A stretch of DNA of 64,000 nt from contig JARDVH010000154.1 in the NCBI GenBank assembly GCA_030324005.1, forward strand, positions 4,128,362-4,192,361, in the 5' to 3' direction. The stretch's first letter is position 1. Each line of letters starts with the position of its first letter. This DNA comes from Negaprion brevirostris. Taxonomy: Eukaryota. The notes beneath the pieces are model-generated. The model saw only the letters and a program-made list of their open reading frames with translations. It was not told where the DNA came from and searched no databases. Of this stretch, positions 37,990 to 51,460 are shown in pieces. A program made the translations under genes and the position numbers.

Positions 37990-38545
37990 CAAGGGCTTGA
38001 CAGAGTGGATAGAGATGCCATCACTAGTGGGGGAGTCTAGAACAAGGGGACATAGCTGCAAGATAAAGTTTAAAGTTAAAGTTTATATATTAGTGTCACA
38101 AGTAGGCTCACAATAAAATTACTGCGAAAATCCCCTAGTCGTCACACTCCGGAGCCTGTTCAGGTACACTGAGGGAGAATTTAGCGTGGCTAATGCACCT
38201 AACCAGCACGTCTTTCATATTGTGGGAGGAGCACCAGGAGGAAACCCACATAGACACGGGGAGAATGTGCAGACTCCACGCAGATATGGAGGATCCGACA
38301 TTTAAAGCCGAGGTGCATAGAAATTTCTTCTTGCAGTGGGTGGTGAATCTATAGAATTCTCTACCCATCGGGTGTTGGAGGCTGGACCATTAGAAGTATT
38401 TAAAATGGAGGTGGATAAATATTTGATAGGTCAAGGAGCAGAAGACTATGGGGAAACGGCACAGAAAATGAGTTGAGGCCGGGCGTAGATCAGCCATAGT
38501 CGTATTGAATGGTTCGTCAGGCTTAAGCCGGGTTGCCTCTCCCTG
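37990..38545 (+). mobile_element. CR1 3' fragment interrupted by a SINE
   Basis: GGGGAGTCTAGAACAAGGGGACATAG..| |..ATTTAAAGCCGAGGTGCATAGAAATTTCTTC..CAGCCATAGTCGTATTGAATGG. Confidence 0.75.
38065..38285 (-). mobile_element. V-SINE (alternative tail) nested in CR1
   Basis: Reverse complement of the 6776-7047 element's core and tail. Confidence 0.8.
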
Positions 38546-38639
38546 CTTCTATTTTTCGTGTGTTGTGTGTTCACACCTAATGGGCTGTCTGGTAGAAGTG
38601 TTGGCGCTCTTAACTGTGTTGTAAAGACATGTTCTTTTA

Positions 38640-38810
38640 TTCTTTCATGGGATGTAAGCATTACTGGTTAGGTCAACATTAATATTGTCCATGATAATTG
38701 CCCTTGAGAAGGTGGTGCCTTTTTGAACAGCTGGAGTTCATGCAATGTAGGTACACCCACAGTGCTGTTAGGAAGAGAGTTCCAGGATTTTGACCCAGCC
38801 ACAGTGCAGG
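38640..38810 (-). mobile_element. family A LINE 3' tail
   Basis: GCCCTTGAGAAGGTGGTG..GTAGGTACACCCACAGTGCTGTTAGGAAGAGAGTTCCAGGATTTTGACCCAG. Confidence 0.75.
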
Positions 38811-39789
38811 GACACATTTCGAAACTTCGATAAATGACAGCACTTCCTTATTTTAATAATGAATGTTGAAAAACTGAATGGTTACAGCATAGAAGGGGGC
38901 CGTTCCGCTGCGCTGGATCTCGAAGGCGCAATTTTCTCCGGGCCACTCCCCGGACTTTCGTCATAGGCCCTAGTTTCAGAATGTCCATTACACTGAGGCC
39001 CCAAAATATTAATCTTGACACAAAAGAAGACAATAATAGAAAATTTGCAATTACTTCAGGAAACAGCTGTAACAAATTTTCCGTAGCAGAAACCTCTGCA
39101 AAATTGGGTATTTGAATTTGGACAAATATAATATACCGGTTAACATCTAATAAAGTCGGTCAATAATATTCCACTGCATTTCTTATATCTTTGGTTCAAT
39201 GCATTGCCTTTTACATAAAAGGAAGTCATCTTAACATATCTTGCACCTTTTGTGCATCTTGCTTTTAACTTTTTCTCAGTCTTACTGAGGAACTATAGAC
39301 TGTGTGCACCATTTAAGATGTTGAAATAATTTTAGTGATAAGAATTACTCTTGTGTCGACTAAGACCTGTACAGCGGGCTGCTAGGAATTTAACGTAGCT
39401 CTTGAGGTCCATGTGCACTGGTTGATAATTTCAAAATTAATTTATAAGGATCATGTTATTCCACCAGCTAAAAAGTACGGATAGCGATGTGAAACAGTGG
39501 TACATTTGACGATGTAGGTTAAAAAGCTCTGCTCTCGGTCGCAATGCGATTACCCCACTTTAACTCCCTTCAAAATCAACGCTAGCATTGTTGTTTCAGC
39601 TTTAGGTTTTCGAACAATGACAGTAGTAAATGCTTTGATAACGAAATGTAGCAAATAAAAATTGACTGTAATGTTACCCAGTGTCAAACTAATGTAGTCA
39701 TTTATTATCCATAACCTGATGCACGTTTACATAAATTAATGTATCAGAGTCCCAATATATTAAAATCTATCACTGTAATGTACAGCAGT

Positions 39790-39895
39790 GTTTTCTTCTT
39801 TGAAGGAGACGCACAGACTCGAAACGTTAACCCTGTTTCTCTCTCCACGGATATTGCCAGACCTGCTGAGTTTATCCAGCATTTTCTGTTTTCAT
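39790..39895 (+). mobile_element. Penelope-like terminus with degenerate hammerhead
   Basis: TTGAAGGAGACGCACAGACTCGAAACGTTAAC..CCAGACCTGCTGAGTTTATCCAGCATTTTCTG. Confidence 0.55.
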
Positions 39896-40039
39896 TATCG
39901 TTATCTTCCGTTTAGGAAGATATGAAAAATCATAAGTTGGTGATCTTTAATTCGTTGCATCAACCAAGGTACACGATTTAAATACTTTAACTAGGGCAAT
40001 TGGTTACCATCTGATGTAATATGAAGGTATTAAAAAGTT

Positions 40040-40330
40040 AAAAACATTCAAGCCCTCAAGCCTATTCCACCATTCAATAAGATTATAGTTGCTTTGTGTC
40101 TCAACTCCACCCATTCTCGTTGGCTCTTTATCCTTTTATACCCTGATCTAGATTTCGGATCTAAAATAAAGTGAGTTAGCTGCGTTTTATTTTGAGTGCT
40201 ATAGGGTATTTTTTTAATTTCCACTGCTCTTTGCGAGAAGAATTATTTCTTAACTTCTTTCCAGGATGCCNNNNNNNNNNNNNNNNNNNNNNNNCAACAG
40301 AAGACTCCCTAACCAGGGGAAAAGGGTTTT
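40040..40330 (-). mobile_element. CR1 3' end fragment
   Basis: ATTCAAGCCCTCAAGCCTATTCCACCATTCAATAAGATTATAG is the reverse complement of the CR1 tail. Confidence 0.6.
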
Positions 40331-42619
40331 TTTAAATTTTTGCTTTGAAGATCGTCAGCAAGATTTCTTCTCAACACTATACTGTTTCATCATAGCGCAC
40401 ATATTTTCAGTTAATTCTACAAACTATGATTTCAACTCTCCTGACCTAATGCCGCAACTGGCGAATATCTGGACTGCTTCATCCAGTCAGCGGCGGAATG
40501 GTTAACCCAACCCTCCCCAGACATGAATCAAGCCACTTTGGTTGATGTTGACTGTTCTCCTAACATCGGATATAGTTTCAACTGCACATTGGGAGCAATG
40601 GTTACTTGATCTGCATATCGTTCATCTATTCTCTATATCAGAACGTCTACTGTATCTTTCACATTTCCAGTGATCCTAAATAGCAACATTGTTGTCAACT
40701 TCTCTGCAGATGTTCAGTCACTGGGTATATTTAAACCTGAGCTTTTCGGCCACGAAGGAAATCCGGGGTTATGGAGATAGTGTGAAATGTGGATCTGGTG
40801 TAAGGCATTATCCATAATGTGTTGAATCGCGGAGAATGGCCCGCACACCCTTCTATTTCTCATGTTATAATTCTAAAATTCATGAACACGTAATGAATTG
40901 CTTTAGCTCCTCTGCGCAGTCTCATTGCAAATGTGTTCAATTCTCCTTTCCGTTATTTTGGTGAAATAGTGAGTACCTTTATTTTTTGCTGTGTGTTTGC
41001 ACACTTCGCAATCAACTGGGAGGTCACATAGCCTTCACGTGCCGTAGGGGTGAAATTTGGGTTCAATTTCTCCAAAGAATAGTCATTTCAGTTTTATCAG
41101 CCCTGCCCCTTCACTTTTAGGCCCCGGTGTCAATATGGAATCAGATCCCTGGCCTGGTTCCCTCTTCATGGAGAAACTATTTACATATATATTGTCCATT
41201 TGTATCAAACAAAAACGAACACATAGCCAAAGGATGTAATAACGACTTCAAAAACACGTCACAATTTCGGACAAATTCAGAGTCAGAATCTCATTGTCTA
41301 CCAAGCAAGAATATAGTTACAATACCACTGTAGAGCTGATACAGAGCGATGTCCCTTCACATTCTTGTTACAATTATGGCCAACATTAATCTTGGATTCT
41401 GGCACCACCTGACCCATTGGGATGGGACTTCTTGTGGGAAGTATTTCCTTGGGAGATAGCTCTAGCACTAACGCTTTATACAAGGTCAAAGTTCCTGCAA
41501 AGCTGTGTATCCACACTAAACATCAGTACTTTCCACTTACGCCTCACAGAGCTCAGCCCCACCTCCGTCATGGGCAGAGCATCGCTGGCTGTGGCGTGTC
41601 AATTCTACATAGAAAACTGATGTAAACCTAATTCATTCTGAATCGTGTTGTTAACTGACTCCGAATTTCTGCTGCAACTCTCGGATGGATGTAATGCCAA
41701 CTGCACAAGTCATCTTCACATTCTTCATTAAGTGACTCGCTGTAGGCATTTACGGTATTTTCTCAATCCAATCCAGCTCCCACCTGTCCTTTAACCAGAC
41801 AGGTTCCACCTAATGCGTTGCGGTCTATTAATCATGATGATTATGTTGCGCTTTCTAATGGCATTGCCCATAAAATCTAAATGTTGCAGAGCATCTCGCC
41901 TGGTGTTTTTGCGCAGTTTGTCAACTCTCGAAACGAATTCCTTTCTGGAGTTCATGCGGTTTGCATTACGCCTTTCAAAAGACAGATGGACTGTAGTAAA
42001 GGCGCATCCAGTTCTATTGGAGATGAACGCGACATAAATCCTTACAGTTTTACACTACACTGCGGGTTATCTTTAACAGCTAAAAACAAGTCAGTCGCTT
42101 CTCTGCTCAACTAAAAAGACAGAAGTGGGTGAGGCGGAGGGCGGGGGTGTATGGGCGAGACCGAGTTTGAATTCTTTAATTAAATTGCCAGAACCCGCTG
42201 AGTAATTCTCATTTCTGCTTCGCTTAATATTTTTGGGTGGTCTCTGTAGCGAATTATAGAGGTGGACTTTGAGGAATTCCGACTCGAGCTAAGTTCAAGG
42301 CTCTGCCCCCCAAATCGCTGCATAGACACCAGGGTAATTCCCGCCTCCCCCGCGCCACCCCTTTGTTCAGCTTCATTTTTTTTTGGAAATTGGCCATGTT
42401 TACTTCACCTTCTGGCAATGGATTTACATCTATCACTGTGTCTACCAGCAAGCTGCGACCCGCACTGGCAAATCACCCGAAGCAAATCACACAAAGTACC
42501 CCTTAGCAACTCCGAAATTCGAAAGTATAAAATATTGAGAGGGGACATACTGGTAAATTGGTTCTTTGGTTGGATAGTCTGGTACGAGAGACTATTGTCC
42601 GTATAAGGATTCATTTACT

Positions 42620-42930
42620 TAGAATCACAGTGTCCCTACACTGCAAAAGGAGGCCAGTCGGCCCATCGAGCCTGCACCAACAGCAATCCCACCCATCCCC
42701 TATCCCCGTAACCCCACGTATTTACCCTGCTAATTCCCGTGACACGAAGGGTCAATTTAGCGCGGCCAATCCATCCAACCCGCACATCTTCGGACTGTGG
42801 AAGGAAACTGGATCACCCGGAGGAAACAGGCAAACATGCAAACTCCACACGGTCATCCAAGACTGGAATTCAACCAGGGTCCCTGGCGCTGTGAGGCAAC
42901 GGTGCTAACCATTGTGTCACCATGCTGCCC
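42620..42930 (-). mobile_element. HE1-type V-SINE, near full length
   Basis: Reverse complement: GGGCAGCATGGTGACACAATGGTTAGCACC..GGGACCCTGGTTGAATTCC..V core..CTCGATGGGCCGACTGGCCTCC..TGTAGGGAC. Confidence 0.9.
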
Positions 42931-43094
42931 GGACTTAGGACTGAGATAAGGAGCAATTTCTCCACTAGGGGACTGTGAATTGCTTGGCATTCTATAACTT
43001 AGTAGGCTACAGATGCTTATTTCATGAGTACATTGAAGATTGGATGATTGACTAGTTGAGATCGACTCTTCCAACTCATCAATATAAAAGCAAA

Positions 43095-43510
43095 GCTCTG
43101 CGGATGCTGGAAAGCTGAAATAAAAACAAACCAAAACATGCTGGAAAAACCCAGCAGCTCAGACAGCGTCTGTGGCGAGAAACAGGGCTAACGTTTCAGA
43201 TTGAGATAATCGCTGAGGCGCTCTCTGGACACAATATTTGCTTCTTTACTTTACCCAGTCCCGTTCTCTTTGCCTGTTGTTTCATTAGACCTTTTGCCAT
43301 CTAACTTCTCCATCCCTAGATCCTATAATGGACTCACGCTTTTGTTTTTCCTGCCTCCCCGCTCTGCCACTATCTTAGAAAAACCCTGACATTTTGATCT
43401 TTCGAAAGTTTTGATGAACACTCACCTCGACCTGAACTGTTAACTGCGTCATTCCACAGATGCTGCCTGGCCTGCTGAGCATTTCCAGCTTCTTCTGTTT
43501 TTGTTCTCCT
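43095..43510. mobile_element. non-autonomous Penelope-like element with inverted termini
   Basis: Left GGATGCTGGAAAGCTGAAAT..GCTGGAAAAACCCAGCAGCTCAGACAGCGTCTGTGG; right CCACAGATGCTGCCTGGCCTGCTGAGCATTTCCAGC; degenerate hammerhead remnant at ~43408-43444. Confidence 0.65.
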
Positions 43511-43912
43511 GGTTCCTCTCCCACATTCTGCCCTTCAGTAAACTTGAGGTCATCCAAAATGTTGCTCCCCACTTCTTAGCTCATAGTGAATTGCGTTCCC
43601 CTCGCAGCCCGTGTCCGCCGACCTGCATGGGCTCCCATTCAAGCAATGCCTTGATTTTAAAATTCTCCTCCTTGCTTTCCAGTCCCCCATTATTGGTACG
43701 TTGCCTTCAATTGAAGAGGCCTTAATCTCTGGAATGCCCTCTCAAAACTTGTCTACTTCCCTTTCGTCCTGTCAGACATTCTTAACCTCTACCTGTTCGG
43801 CCAAACTTTTTGTGATCTGACCTAAGTGAGATATTCTTTATAATTTTCCTGCGAAGCGCCTTTGGGACATTGAATTACACTGAAGGCATTATATAAATAT
43901 AAGTTGTTGTTG
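43510..43912 (+). mobile_element. L2 LINE 3' end
   Basis: KLEVIQN..A, LHGLPFKQCLDFKILLL (cf. LHWLPV..RI.FKILL); tail GAAGCGCCTTTGGGACATT..ATATAAATATAAGTTGTTGTTG. Confidence 0.8.
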
Positions 43913-44644
43913 ATAGATGTGGTAACATTAAAGGAATCGAGGGGCAGAGTGAAAGGTCGGAAAAGTAGATTTCATTTAGAAGTTTCTTCATGATCTTATT
44001 GAATGACTTAACAGTCTCGAAAGGCGGAACGGTCTACTCCAGCTCTTAGTCCTCAAATTCTGAAATAGAACATTTTTTCTACCATTTAATGATTGCAGGG
44101 CAACGTGGAGCAAGCATCAAAATTGTGAAATTGGGTATTGGGGGAATGAGGTCGTCTGCAAATATGTTTATCTAACAGACCTATAATGAATAAGCATAGC
44201 ATATAAACCAATTGTACGTGGGATGTTATTGGCGATAATCTGACTGGAGAATCATCGCAAGAATCTACCTCAAGATAGTTCAAGCCTTGATTTTATCATC
44301 CCATCCCACCTTCTCTCCACACATCCGTTACAAAATCTTCTTTCTTTGCAAACTGTGCAGCTTCCCCCCACCTCTCCCCAACTCCCCACCCCCACTTCCA
44401 TATATCCTTTGCTTACTGGAAATTCCCCCTCTCCCCACTCAGGCCTATTGTTTTCCGTAATCAATGGCAGGCCTTTGGGTCCGCACGCTAGAATTTCCGA
44501 ATCTGAATTTAATAACAATCCTGATCGCCTTCAGAAGGTTCACTGTGATATATCCGTAAGACTGGATGGTCTTTGTCACCCCTCACTTTGGATATTGTTT
44601 AAGAAATGCCCCACACATTTCTGAAATGCATGTGACATTCGAGC

Positions 44645-44866
44645 GGCAATGAGCAGATGTATGAGGCAAGTTTTTTACACAGAGGGTGGTGAGAACCTGG
44701 AACTCGCTGCCGGGGGAGATAGTGGAAGCAGATACGATAATGACTTTTAAGGGGCGCCTGGACAAATGCATGAATAGGATGGGAACAGAGGGAGATTATC
44801 CCCTGAAGGGTAGGGGGTTTTAGTTCAGTCGGGCTGCATGGCCAGTGCAGGCTTGGAGGGCCGAAG
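44645..44866 (+). mobile_element. CR1 3' fragment
   Basis: TTTTTTACACAGAGGGTGGTGAGAACCTGGAACTCGCTGCC..GCAGGCTTGGAGGGCCGAAG. Confidence 0.85.
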
Positions 44867-45109
44867 NNNNNNNNNNNNNNNNNNNNNNNNNNNNNNNNNN
44901 NNNNNNNNNNNNNNNNNNNNNNNNNNNNNNNNNNNNNNNNNNNNNNNNNNNNNNNNNNNNNNNNNNNNNNNNNNNNNNNNNNNNNNNNNNNNNNNNNNNN
45001 NNNNNNNNNNNNNNNNNNNNNNNNNNNNNNNNNNNNNNNNNNNNNNNNNNNNNNNNNNNNNNNNNNNNNNNNNNNNNNNNNNNNNNNNNNNNNNNNNNNN
45101 NNNNNNNNN

Positions 45110-45310
45110 GATGTTTTTGTTTGTAACCTTGGGATTTGAACGTCGTTTGCAAGACCAGCATTTATTGCCGTTCCTAACTGCGCTTGAGAAGATAGTTGTG
45201 AGCCGCCTTCTTGAACCACAATGGCCTCTATGATGTGGTACACTCAGTGCGATGGGGGAAAAGTTCCAGGAGCTTGGCTCAGATCAGGGAAGGAACAACT
45301 AACGCATTTC
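45110..45310 (-). mobile_element. family A LINE 3' tail
   Basis: CCAGCATTTATTGCC..CTTGAGAAGATAGTTGTGAGCCGCCTTCTTGAACC. Confidence 0.7.
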
Positions 45311-45796
45311 CAAATCATAAAAAGAACAATAGCAATATGTCACATATCTAAGCAAAATGACCCGTTACCTTTAACACGATTGCTGTGATATAACTGTCTA
45401 GAACTTACATAAAGCATTATCATGTTTTTTACGGGCCAGATGTGTCACGTCTGTGTAAATATGGATTCACTTATACTTGGGCTTTTCCATTGTAAAACAC
45501 ATTCCCCATGTAAAAGCCTTTACGTTTGATAACGTGATCTCCACTTCTAAAACCGATCAAGTCTTTATTAATAATGCTAACTTATTAGAAAAAAACGAAG
45601 TACTTCCTTCTCCCCAGGGGTAAAACTCACTTTCATGTTTTTTTTTGCCTTTAACATTTTATTAGCAAGTTTGTTGACAGGTAAATCTCTGGAAGGNNNN
45701 NNNNNNNNNNNNNNNNNNNNNNNNNNNNNNNNNNNNNNNNNNNNNNNNNNNNNNNNNNNNNNNNNNNNNNNNNNNNNNNNNNNNNNNNNNNNNNNN

Positions 45797-45864
<68 letters not shown>

Positions 45865-47614
45865 ACCCCACTTCAGCTTCCGCAGTCGGCGAACCGCAGA
45901 CTTCACTGTAACGGCTGAGGTACAGGCCCAAGCTCCTCCAGCTACAGTTTTCATGCACGATCCACAATGCCAGATGCAGATTGCCCTGCGTTTCATCGTT
46001 GTCCATTCTTTCTTACTGGAACGGTCCACTTTCCCTCTTTCTATCACTCCCTAACCAAACCTGCTGACCTGTGCATTCATTAGCATGCTGGAAGCGCAAC
46101 TGAGAGATTTTCTTTGGTCTATATTCTAGTTTAGATGCGTTCAGCGAACACGGAATAACTGTCTAAAATTACTACCATAAAGTGTTCTGGAGATTGAATC
46201 AGTTAAACTTGTAAAAAAAGGAAAGAAATCTGTGAACTCCGCAATCTGTGCTGATAACAGATAATTGTTATTTTAAAACGGCAGGTAAGCTCTTACCTTG
46301 AAAAGAAATTCTATACATTTTGCATTTATCTACAAGTTTATCAAAAGTAGCAAACAGGGCTTGTGTTGTTGATGTGTAAATAGAGGTGGGAAGGAGGTTA
46401 AAGTACAATAACTTGCTAAGTCATTTCAAACATTACCAGAAAAATTGAGACCTAGTCCACAGTCTAGGATGAAGTCTCGAAAATTTCGCCGGTTTAAGGA
46501 CTAAAACTAAAATCATTAGTTAACGGCTCGGATGAGGACCTAAATTTCAGTATGAAATTTAAAATCCAGATATTAATTTCTTGGGTCTCCCCACACTTTG
46601 TCAAAGCGAAAACTGAAGAATAAAATGCTCGTGTTATCTGTTCCCACTGCCTTTATACTTGTATGTCAACTGTGTGTATGGAGGGTGAAGTGTTTCCTCA
46701 CCAGAACATTCCTGTGATTCCGAAAATAAAAAGAACATTCTCACTTATAAAGTTATGTACTGGTTATGTATTATCACATATACTGGTCTGAATAGCCGTT
46801 GTCATATCAATGGCTTGCTTTCATAAATAACCTGCTTGTCGCGAAATTTTATTAAACTGCAAGCAGTCAGAGAATGGTATTCATTTTTCAAAATCCATTA
46901 ATGATATAAACCTTCTTGTAATTGCGGCAGAACTTGCACAGTAAGTACAAAATAATCACTGACGGCCCTGGAAATCTACACTGGCATGACTGATGAGAAA
47001 AAAAATGATACATACACAGCAAAATAAAGCGACGATGCACAAATTACGGCTATTAACCGTCCTAAAAGTGTGAACTTGCCTGGAAATATTAGAAGGTTGA
47101 TAGTTTATATTAGAGAAATTAGCATTAATTTGTCTATCTTGATTAATTCCGTGCTGCGCAGTAAAAAATGATTTCGAAGTAATTACTTTACAATGATGTA
47201 CGGGGGCAAGCTCGAAGTTTGTGCGTGTTAATTCAAGCTCAGTTATTGCTCTAATTGTTTCGAGGAATTATTGTAGTTAGGTCCGTCCTCAACTCTCGCG
47301 GAGAATGCTGAAAGTATGAATATTCCATCGTCCTGGGTTGTTTGGTAGAATGTTGTTTCCTTGCGCAGTTTTCCCCACTATCTTCATGCTTTTATAATAC
47401 ATGTATCAAAATCCCGAACATTGCCGTGTCTAAACACAAGCCCGACTTGGAGTCAAATTCATTTTTTGCTCTTCCGCCGTAACTTTGGCGAAAGGAACTT
47501 TTCCGGCGACTCTTCTAACGAAAGAAGAATAGAGCAGCGGAAGACAACCCGGGGAAAATTCTCCCCCATAAAATTTTACAGCAAAAGCCAAGCTTGCTTG
47601 GTACTTGGCCTTTT

Positions 47615-48020
47615 TACATAAGAAATAGGAGCAGGAGTAGGCCATGTAGCCCTTCGAGCCTGCCTCGCCATTCAATAAGATCATGGCTGATCTGNNNNNN
47701 NNNNNNNNNNNNNNNNNNNNNNNNNNNNNNNNNNNNNNNNNNNNNNNNNNNNNNNNNNNNNNNNNNNNNNNNNNNNNNNNNNNNNNNNNNNNNNTTGACA
47801 GCCAATCCTCTATCCACGCTAACACCCTACCCCCAACTCCATGCCCCCTGACCTTCTGTAATAACCTCTTGAGGCACCTTGTCAAACGCCTTCTGAAAAT
47901 CAAGAAAGACCACATCCACCGGCTCTCCTCTATCCACTGCCCTTGACACATGCTCATAGAACTCCAATAAATTTGTCAGACACGACTTCCCCTTAACGAA
48001 ACTGTGCTGCGTCTGCTCTA
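47615..48020 (-). mobile_element. CR1 LINE fragment (RT plus tail, across a gap)
   Basis: KGKSCLTNLLEFYE.V...VDRGEPVDVVFLDFQKAFDKVP on the minus strand; tail ACATAAGAAATAGGAGCAGGAGTAGGCCA. Confidence 0.9.
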
Positions 48021-48949
48021 TCGGGAAGGTGTTTCTAGTTAAACCCATTCCCCTCCTCCTGTTCTTTCCAGCAAACAGCACACCTGGAATGTTAAGCGTT
48101 CGTTTCGTGTTTTTGAATACAAAATATAATATGATTGGTACTACATCTCTTTATATATATAATTTATACACAGTTTCGGAAAAAGAACAAACGGCAAATA
48201 TATACAATAAAATAAAACGGTAGGCACAAAGGCCATGACAATGAGCAGGACAGCTTACATTAAAACGGCACTGCTGATCGAAGCACAGTAGGGTATGCAC
48301 ATCTGTACACATCAGCTCATTTTATGCAACATGGTGGAAGCCCAGATTCCTGAATAAGAAGGTACTCAAATACACAATTGGAAAAAGGGACTTTATAGTG
48401 AATGGACAAAGCATAATCAATGTCCATTGGGATAGCAGAGACTGCAAACTATAGGCACGGTACAATTTACATGCAATGGACAAATCCTGTTTAAAGACAT
48501 TGGTCGCAGCATAGGTTATGTACATTCGGGGAAAAAAAGTGCCTATAGAGGATCATCTGGCTGATGCATGTTGACTTGTCTTCAGCAGAGTTGCCCAATA
48601 GAATTTCAGTGTCCGCCAAACTTGTAGTGAACTAGTCACCATGTTCGCCACATGAATGCGCGCAAAATTCTTAAAACTACACAATATTGTGAAAGTAAGA
48701 TTGGCGTTTTAATCCATAAGCAATCAAGACTGATACACCCACTGCGAGCTGGGAAAAGAGTTTCAACAAGGTTTTATAATCCACAAAGTAAACCTACTGT
48801 ATATAGTCTCAAAATATGCTGATAGACTCTCAACTGAAGTGCCCCGTTTCTGACAGTGTACTCCAGACTTTTTTTTACATTCTCTAACAGTTAATTGTTT
48901 TTATTTTATCAGAAATTATACATTAGGAGGCTCTGGAAGGAAAAGTGGC

Positions 48950-50190
48950 AGATCTCTACGCATTGTCTCCTGTGTCCTGACTTTTGCCTTAGTTACTTCA
49001 GTTCTGTCTTCTGTCATGTTCACCCACAGCATCTGGACAGACCACTGCTCATGATCAACCTCCTGTCATCTTTTCTTTTCCTGAAAATCTCTTTGGAACC
49101 TTGATCCAAACTTGGAGAAAAGAACTATCTTCCAGAGGGAATGTGAAAATGAGTGCCATTGACACCGTGTGGCATCAAGGAACCAAAGCCAAATTGGAGC
49201 CAATGGGAGTTAGCGGAGGTATTCTCCACTTATTGGGCTCATACTTAATACAAAGGAAGATAGTTGTGGTGTTTGAATGCAAGCCACCTCAGACCCAAAA
49301 CATGGCTGCACGGGCTTCTCGTGGTAATGTCTTAGTCAGTCTGCTTCAATACTTTATCAACGACCTTCCTTCCACTTTAATGTCAGCAGTGTGGGCGTTG
49401 GCTAATTATTAGACAGTTTTCAGTAACATTGGTGTCTCTTTAGATTCCAAAGAAGTCTGTGCCCACGTGCAGAAAGACCTGGACCACATTCAGCTTGAAC
49501 TGATAAATGGTAAGTAACTTTAACAGCACACAATGCCAAGCAGTGGCTAACTCCAGCATGAAAGAAGCCAGTCATTTATGAGGTTACATTCAACAGCATT
49601 ACTATGGCTACATCAACATCCAGGGGGTTGCCATTGCCATTGNNNNNNNNNNATTTAATGGAACCTGTCATCTTTGCAGTTACAAGAGCAAATACCTCAC
49701 CTCCTGACTCCCTATAGCTTGTTCATCATCTACAAGATGCAAGCTAGGAGTATAATGGACTGCCTGGATGGGTGCAGATCCAGCTACACTCAAGAAGCTC
49801 ACAATCCAGTCAAAGGGCCTACCTGATCTACACCTCTTTCATCACCTTAAATATTTGCATCCTCCACCATTAGTGCAATGTATGCCATCTATAAGACACG
49901 TTGCTGAGATTTGCCAGGCCTCCTTCTACAGACCTTCCAAACCTGCCTCCTTTATAATTAAGAGCAAAACAATCAGACACACAAGGAGTATCATCACCTG
50001 CAAGTTCCAGCATTAAGCCACAGATCATCCCGACTTAGATCTATAACTTATAGTCGTTGTGTCAAAAACCTGGAACTCCCTCCTTAAATGGACTACATGA
50101 ACTGGAACAATTCACCATTGCCTTCTCAAGGGCAACTAGGGATGGGCAACATGACTAGCTTTGCCCACGAGGACTCACAGCCCAAGAAGG
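48950..50190 (+). mobile_element. decayed family A LINE (RT to 3' tail)
   Basis: DTVWHQG..KLE.MGVSG, FINDLPS remnants; tail CTCAAGGGCAACTAGGGATGGGCAA..GAATAAAAAA. Confidence 0.8.
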
Positions 50191-50929
50191 AATGGAATAA
50201 AAAAAAAGATCGCTGCTGCTTTCAATTTCCACATTCCAACAAAGTTATTAAGGTGAAGGCTAAAACCATTTAGATGTTGTTGCACCTCCCCATCTTGCCA
50301 ATGTTGAACATTAAACTCTCACTGGCAGCCATGAAGTGCTGTAAGCAGGACACACGGTTTGTCTTGTGAAACCTGTCAACTACGAAGCTAAACAGAAACC
50401 CAAGTTCTCAATTCGCTGTCTTATTATATTCCCCAAGAAGGTTTCCAGAACAATTGATCACTGTCCTTCCAAAGAGCAGTCCTGCTTTCACAGCTCAATC
50501 GCCTGTAGATCTAATGGCAAGATCATTTAGAGGCACCCAGAGAGAACAGGAAGTATGAAGGAGACTTTTCTGCTTGGTCCATTGAGCAAATGACCCTTCA
50601 GCTTCCAGGTCACTAGAACGATACTCTGATGGTCATTGCTAAATTAACAGCAGCATGGTCGATTCTTTCTTGCCCATTCAGCAATGAACGAGTGACATCC
50701 CTACTCATATCATCATCGCAATTTTGGCACAACTCTGCATTGTGTGGCTTCAAAACTGAACAGGACAGAACAGGCTGATTCAGTGTGTATGGCGAGTGGT
50801 GAATTTATTGAACATAATTCCTCTATGCCATGTCCATACTTTGAATTGTGATTGAAAGACTACTTAGACAAAATGATCATTCCATAGTCAATGTGCCAGA
50901 GGGAAATTGCAGATTATATTCAATGTGAA

Positions 50930-51460
50930 GTCAAAAATCAAGACTGACGCTCCAATGCAGCACTGAAGGAGGCCTGCACTGTTGGAGATGTCGTCATTTG
51001 GATAACACACTAAACAGAGACCCATCAGATCCTCAGGCGGAGGTAAAAGATTCCATGCCACTCCACTACCTCGAAGAAGAGCAGGGAAGTTATCACTAAT
51101 GTCCTGGCCAATATCAATCCCTTGAGACATATAAGATGATGAATGGGATGGATAGGATAGAGGTGGAGAGACTCTTCCCGCTCAGAAAGGACAGTAGGNN
51201 NNNNNNNNNNNNNNNNNNNNNNNNNNNNNNNNNNNNNNNNNNNNNNNNNNNNNNNNNNNNNNNNNNNNNNNNNNNNNNNNNNNNNNNNNNNNNNNNNNCC
51301 TACTCCTGCTCCTATTTCTTACGTTCTTATGTTCTGAATCAACATCACGAAAGCAGATGATCTGCTCACTAGCACAATGTTGTCCGTGGGAGTTTGCTGT
51401 GCTCCAATAAGCCAAAGCCTTGCGTCCCGTTCGCGAAAAGCGCTATATAAATGAAACTCT
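50930..51460 (+). mobile_element. DeuSINE (SacSINE1/AmnSINE-like) interrupted by a CR1 3' fragment (51131-51335)
   Basis: GACTGACGCTCCAATGCAGCACTGAAGGAGGCCTGCACTGTTGGAGATGTCGTC..CGAAGAAGAGCAGGGAAGTT..GTCCTGGCCAATATC Deu-domain pattern resumes after the CR1 tail. Confidence 0.75.

Noticed and set aside
41790-42040. Open frames on both strands, with SRKEFV..HLDF on minus resembling Hox13 KEFAF/YLDV
   Set aside because: The similarity is limited to a few residues; no other Hox N-terminal motifs.
42962-42975. CCACTAGGGGACTG CTCF-like motif
   Set aside because: Mismatch in the GGC core, and wedged between repeats.
45797-45864. Long poly-C run giving poly-Pro/poly-Gly ORFs
   Set aside because: Abuts an N gap; typical poly-G sequencing/assembly artefact.
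48570-48660. Possible Evx homeobox remnant on + (NFSVRQTCSEL vs NYVSRPRRCEL)
   Set aside because: Only about four identities, and no RRYRTAF or KVWFQN nearby.
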